Origin: Spirochaetaceae bacterium
Lineage (GTDB): Bacteria; Spirochaetota; Spirochaetia; DSM-2461
NCBI GenBank assembly: GCA_051531975.1
Contig: JAOPTT010000020.1
Span: forward strand, 32,001 to 96,000
Length of the DNA stretch: 64,000 nt
Direction: 5' to 3'
The translations under genes were made by a program, and so were the position numbers. The first letter of the stretch is position 1, and every line of letters begins with the position of its first letter. The notes under the pieces are model-generated. The model was not told where the DNA came from and ran no database searches. It worked only from the letters and a program-made list of their open reading frames with translations. Shown one piece after another: positions 59,811 through 64,000 of this stretch.

Positions 59811-60725
59811 GTGAAAAACAAATTACGTAAAAGAGGGGATCTGTTATTTTATATAGCCATGGTTGCACCATGTATGATTCTTTATATAGCGATTATTGCC
59901 GGTCCGATTGTGGCAAGTTTAGGTTTTGCTTTTACTAATAATGACTTTAGACCAAATCAGGAATGGGGTTTTATAGGGTTTGCTAACTTTATAAAAATAT
60001 TCTCTGATCCTGTCTTTTGGTTAGGATTTAAAAACAACATGTTAGTTGTTGCTTTATCTGTATTTGGTCAGATACCATTAGGTCTTTTATTAGCATATTT
60101 CCTTTTTAGAAATATGGTAAAAGCACCATCGTTTTTCCAAGCAATGGTTTTTATGCCACAGGTTATATCAACAGTAGTTATTGGTCGAATATTCCAAAGC
60201 TTTTTTGATATTCGTGGGGCAGCAACAGGGTTAATGCGACTAATTACCGCCGATCCAAAGTTTACATTTAAATGGTTTATTTCTGATAATCAAGCAATGG
60301 TTCCAATTCTAATCGGTATGTTATTTATTTATACTGGTTTTTATATGTTAATGTTTTTAGCTAATATGCAAAAACTAGACAGTGGAATTGTAGAAGCAGC
60401 TTCTATTGATGGTGCATCTGAAATGCAGATTTTTGCAAGAATAATTGCTCCTGCTTTATCAGGGATTATTATAATAAATGCAATATTAGCAATTGCCGGT
60501 TCATTAAAGAGTTTTGACTTAATTTATGCAATGGCTCCAAACGATGGAAAGGGACTTGGTAATAAAAATATTGTATTAGCAACATATATGTACCATAACG
60601 GTTTTAAAACATATAAAATGGCATTTGGTAGTGCGGTATCTGTTATTATCGTTGCAATTAGTATGCTATTGATTGCTGTATCAAGCTGGGCTGGTAAAAA
60701 GCTAGACCCATTACAGGAGGGGTAA
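59811..60725 (+). CDS. Sugar ABC transporter permease
   Basis: FIGFANF, EAASIDGASEMQ; 6 TM. Confidence 0.92.
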   Translation: MKNKLRKRGDLLFYIAMVAPCMILYIAIIAGPIVASLGFAFTNNDFRPNQEWGFIGFANFIKIFSDPVFWLGFKNNMLVVALSVFGQIPLGLLLAYFLFRNMVKAPSFFQAMVFMPQVISTVVIGRIFQSFFDIRGAATGLMRLITADPKFTFKWFISDNQAMVPILIGMLFIYTGFYMLMFLANMQKLDSGIVEAASIDGASEMQIFARIIAPALSGIIIINAILAIAGSLKSFDLIYAMAPNDGKGLGNKNIVLATYMYHNGFKTYKMAFGSAVSVIIVAISMLLIAVSSWAGKKLDPLQEG

Positions 60726-60726
60726 G

Positions 60727-61581
60727 ATGGATAGTACAAACTCAATAAACAAACATACTCCATTAGGAAAATTAGTGGTATATGCTCTTTTTATATCATT
60801 TGTGATTTTTACAACTTATCCACTATTTTGGCTTGGTTATTCGTCAATAAAAACAAAAAGTGAGATTCAGAACGATCCTTTAGCTTTCGCAGAAGTACCA
60901 CAATGGGGTAACTTTTCTGAGGCTTGGGAAGTAGGTAATATTGGTACAGGTTATATGAACTCGACAATATACTTAGTTTTTACTCTAATTATCGTTTTAA
61001 TAGCTTCAATGATGGCTGCATATGTATTTGCGAAATCACCATTTAAAAAACTCACAAAGGTATTAAAAGCAGCGGTAGGTTTAGGTATTCTTATATCTAC
61101 CCACTCTATAATGATACCTCTGTTTTTAATGTTAAAAACATTTGGTTTAACTGGATCTAATGCACGGCTTGGGATAATTTTAACTTACTCTGCAGTTGCA
61201 TTACCAATGGCCGTATTTATAGCTGCGGATTTTATTAAAGGTCTTCCTGACTCCTTAGTTGAATCGGCTGAAATAGATGGTTGTGGGAGATTTCAGGCAT
61301 TTATACAGATTATATTACCAATGACTAAACCTGTAATGGCAACAATTGCTATTATTACAGCACTTGGAACATGGAATGAGTTCTTATTAGGTTTTATTTT
61401 ATCTAATAGACATACAAAAGCTTTACCCCCAACTATTATTGCTTTTGCAAATCCTAGAACTCCAGAGTACCACTTGCAGATGGCAGGTTTAGTAATTTCA
61501 ATTATACCTATGATTGTTTTATATGCTATTTTTAATAAAAGTATTACAAAAGGTGTAGTTGGTGGTGCTATAAAAGGTTAA
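60727..61581 (+). CDS. Sugar ABC transporter permease
   Basis: ESAEIDGCGRF, WNEFL, GVVGGAIKG. Confidence 0.92.
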   Translation: MDSTNSINKHTPLGKLVVYALFISFVIFTTYPLFWLGYSSIKTKSEIQNDPLAFAEVPQWGNFSEAWEVGNIGTGYMNSTIYLVFTLIIVLIASMMAAYVFAKSPFKKLTKVLKAAVGLGILISTHSIMIPLFLMLKTFGLTGSNARLGIILTYSAVALPMAVFIAADFIKGLPDSLVESAEIDGCGRFQAFIQIILPMTKPVMATIAIITALGTWNEFLLGFILSNRHTKALPPTIIAFANPRTPEYHLQMAGLVISIIPMIVLYAIFNKSITKGVVGGAIKG

Positions 61582-61617
61582 TTTTACCTTAACAAAATAT
61601 TTTTTCTATACTCCTCT

Positions 61618-61644
61618 GGCTACAGTTATACTGTAGCCTTTTCT
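61618..61644 (+). terminator. Intrinsic terminator of the ABC operon
   Basis: GGCTACAGT-TAT-ACTGTAGCC followed by TTTTCT. Confidence 0.75.
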
Positions 61645-61676
61645 TATTATAAATGAAATTATTTCTTGTAGATATC

Positions 61677-61705
61677 TTGAAAAGCTTCTTAATTATTAGT
61701 AAAGT
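61677..61705 (+). promoter_or_regulatory. Sigma70 promoter candidate for the leu operon
   Basis: TTGAAA (61677-61682), 17-nt spacer, TAAAGT (61700-61705). Confidence 0.5.
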
Positions 61706-61774
61706 TACTTAAGTATATTTTAAGGCCGGTATAACTAAGGTTATAACTTGCCAATGAAACCTAGGGGGAGCGTT

Positions 61775-63430
61775 ATGGACTTTACTAAGTATAAGAAGTA
61801 TCCGCCAGTTAATCTGGATAATAGAGAGTGGCCAACAAAAATTTTGGACAAAGCTCCTCTCTGGTGTAGTGTCGATTTAAGAGATGGTAATCAATCTTTA
61901 CCTATACCGATGAGTATTAACGAAAAAGTTGAGTATTTTAAACTCCTAGTAGAAATGGGATTTAAAGAGATTGAAGTAGGTTTCCCATCTGCATCAGAAA
62001 CAGAATTTAACTTTGTACGTCGTTTAGTAGATGAAAAATTAATACCAGATGATGTAAACATTCAAATATTAACCCAATGTCGAGAGCATTTAATAAAAAG
62101 ATCTTTTGAAGCTTTAGAGGGTGTTAAAAATATAATTATTCATTTTTATAACTCTACATCTAAACTTCAAAGAGATGTTGTTTTTAATAAAAGTCGAAAA
62201 CAGATAACTGAGATTGCAGTTGCCGGGGCAAAACTTATTAAAAAAATAGCTGGGGATTTTAAAGGTAATGTTCGTTTCGAATACTCTCCAGAGAGTTTTA
62301 CTGGAACAGAGTTAGATTATGCTTTAGAAATTTGCGAAGCAGTTATGGATGTTATAAAACCAACAGTTAATAATAGACTTATTTTAAATTTACCTGGAAC
62401 TGTAGAGATGTCTACACCTAATATTCATGCTGACCAGATTGAGTGGTTTTGTAAAAATGTTAAAGATAGAGATAAAGTTCTAATTAGTTTACATGCTCAT
62501 AACGATAGAGGTACAGCTACTGCAGCCACAGAACTTGGTGTTTTAGCAGGTGCAGATAGGGTAGAGGGAACTCTTTTTGGAAATGGAGAAAGAACTGGTA
62601 ATGTTGACTTAGTAAATGTTGGTATGAATTTATATACTCAAGGTATTGATCCTGGGTTAAATTTTTCTAATATAGATAAAATTATTGAGATATACACAAG
62701 ATGTACAAGAATGACTATTGCACCAAGACATCCCTGGGCTGGTAATTTAGTATATACAGCTTTTTCTGGCTCCCATCAGGATGCTATTAGAAAAGGACTT
62801 GAGGCACATAATAAATCTGGTAATCATGTCTGGGAAGTACCATATCTGCCTATAGACCCATCGGATCTTAATAGAGTTTACGAAGAGATAATAAGAATTA
62901 ATTCTCAATCAGGTAAAGGTGGTGTAGCATTTGTTTTAGAAAATAGTTATGGCTACAAACTACCCAAAACTATGCATCCTGAGTTTAGTAGGATCATACA
63001 GAAAATTACCGATGAAACAGGTAGTGAATTATCACCAGAAAACATATTAAATTCTTTTAATAAAGAATATTTATATGTAGATTCTCCATACTCTTTATTG
63101 GATTATACAATAACTACTAGTAGTAAAGAGACAACAATATCAGCTGAAGTAACAGATGGTGATAATACATTCAAAGTAACTGGAAATGGAAATGGACCTA
63201 TAGACAGCTTTTTTAATGGAATTATTCCTATAACAGGGAAAGATCTTAAGTTTCATGACTATTCTGAGCACTCATTATCTGAAGGTGCTGATTCTAAAGC
63301 AGTTGCATATATTGGAGTTGTTACTGGTACTGGAGATATTGTATATGGAGTTGGAATCGATTCAAGTATAAATACAGCATCAATAAAAGCACTACTTTGT
63401 GCATTAAATAGAGTAAAAAGAGGAGAATAA
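61775..63430 (+). CDS. leuA: 2-isopropylmalate synthase (yeast/actinobacterial-type LeuA)
   Basis: WCSVDLRDGNQ, EYSPESF, HAHNDRG, GNGERTGN, HQDAI, IRINSQSGKGG; start moved to ATG 61775. Confidence 0.96.
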   Translation: MDFTKYKKYPPVNLDNREWPTKILDKAPLWCSVDLRDGNQSLPIPMSINEKVEYFKLLVEMGFKEIEVGFPSASETEFNFVRRLVDEKLIPDDVNIQILTQCREHLIKRSFEALEGVKNIIIHFYNSTSKLQRDVVFNKSRKQITEIAVAGAKLIKKIAGDFKGNVRFEYSPESFTGTELDYALEICEAVMDVIKPTVNNRLILNLPGTVEMSTPNIHADQIEWFCKNVKDRDKVLISLHAHNDRGTATAATELGVLAGADRVEGTLFGNGERTGNVDLVNVGMNLYTQGIDPGLNFSNIDKIIEIYTRCTRMTIAPRHPWAGNLVYTAFSGSHQDAIRKGLEAHNKSGNHVWEVPYLPIDPSDLNRVYEEIIRINSQSGKGGVAFVLENSYGYKLPKTMHPEFSRIIQKITDETGSELSPENILNSFNKEYLYVDSPYSLLDYTITTSSKETTISAEVTDGDNTFKVTGNGNGPIDSFFNGIIPITGKDLKFHDYSEHSLSEGADSKAVAYIGVVTGTGDIVYGVGIDSSINTASIKALLCALNRVKRGE

Positions 63431-63431
63431 A

Positions 63432-64000
63432 GTGGCGTATAATATTGCAGTTTTACCTGGAGACGGTATTGGTCCAGAAGTAATGGTTCAAGCATTAAGA
63501 GTATTAAAAGTTGTAGAAGGCAAATTTGGTTTTACATGTAAATTAGAAGAGGGATTAATTGGTGGTGCAGGTTACGATGCTGCTGGACATCCTCTACCAG
63601 AAGCTACAAAAGAGATCTGCTTAAGATCAGACGCTGTATTTTTAGGAAGTATCGGTGGTCCTAAATGGGAAAACCTTGCTCCTGAATTAACACCAGAGTT
63701 AGGTGGTTTATTAGCACTTAGAAAACTTCTTAATCTATTTGCAAATATTAGGCCTGCAGTTATATACGAAGAACTTAAAGAGATGTCACCACTATCATCT
63801 AGAATTTTAACAGAAAAAGTAGATTTTGTTACAGTTCGAGAATTAGCATATGGTGTATATTTTGGGCAACCAAAAATGTTAGAAGAAAATGAAGCTTTTG
63901 ATACAATGAGATACACAAAAGAAAATGTTCAGCAGATTGCAAGAGCTGCATTTGATATTGCGATGAAAAGAGATAAAAAAGTAACATCAGTTGATAAAGC
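63432..64000 (+). CDS. leuB: 3-isopropylmalate dehydrogenase, 3' end runs off the window
   Basis: Not in the ORF track; GTG at 63432 reads AYNIAVLPGDGIGPEVM..GSIGGPKW..LLALRK..FANIRP..VRELAYGVYFG..TSVDK. Confidence 0.95.
   Translation, partial: MAYNIAVLPGDGIGPEVMVQALRVLKVVEGKFGFTCKLEEGLIGGAGYDAAGHPLPEATKEICLRSDAVFLGSIGGPKWENLAPELTPELGGLLALRKLLNLFANIRPAVIYEELKEMSPLSSRILTEKVDFVTVRELAYGVYFGQPKMLEENEAFDTMRYTKENVQQIARAAFDIAMKRDKKVTSVDK

Noticed and set aside
61653..61712. 19-aa Leu/Ile/Val-rich ORF (MKLFLVDILKSFLIISKVT) upstream of leuA as an attenuator leader peptide
   Set aside because: No RBS, no tandem Leu codons, no downstream terminator with a U tract, and the best promoter candidate lies inside it
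12857..63495. Remaining short (60-126 aa) ORFs nested in or antisense to longer genes
   Set aside because: All overlap well-supported CDSs and show no family motifs
63572..63916. 114-aa minus-strand ORF
   Set aside because: Antisense to leuB

Overview
AT-rich (about 30% GC by eye) bacterial chromosome segment, most likely from a free-living anaerobic Spirochaetales member. That call is inferred from the spirochaete-style solute-binding-protein N-termini (LSAGGNNE, VFAGSNEE) and the gene repertoire. No rRNA, tRNA, CRISPR array or intact mobile element was seen. Three carbohydrate loci dominate the window. (1) <1-4640: a TetR-controlled operon encoding a GH1 beta-glycosidase, a GPH/MelB symporter and a GH33 sialidase with about five N-terminal membrane helices; the sialidase is missing from the ORF track. 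(2) 11766-34570: a ~23 kb sulfated-fucan (fucoidan-type) locus with four S1 sulfatases, three GH29, one GH151, one GH141, an ABC oligosaccharide importer and two AraC regulators; a GAAATAATCCA motif recurs at two of its promoter regions. (3) 52084-61581: a ROK-regulated GH94/GH9/ABC locus, probably for chito- or chitosan-oligosaccharides. Between them lie an MFS-HEAT fusion, MocR plus a cysteine-synthase-like enzyme, AraC-SDR, two signalling modules, an MhqR-like MarR with pirin, an orphan HTH-fused N6-adenine methyltransferase and gshAB; leuA and the start of leuB close the window. Two gene remnants (an enolase 5' stub and a membrane-protein 3' stub) and several probable leaderless genes were read from intergenic sequence.
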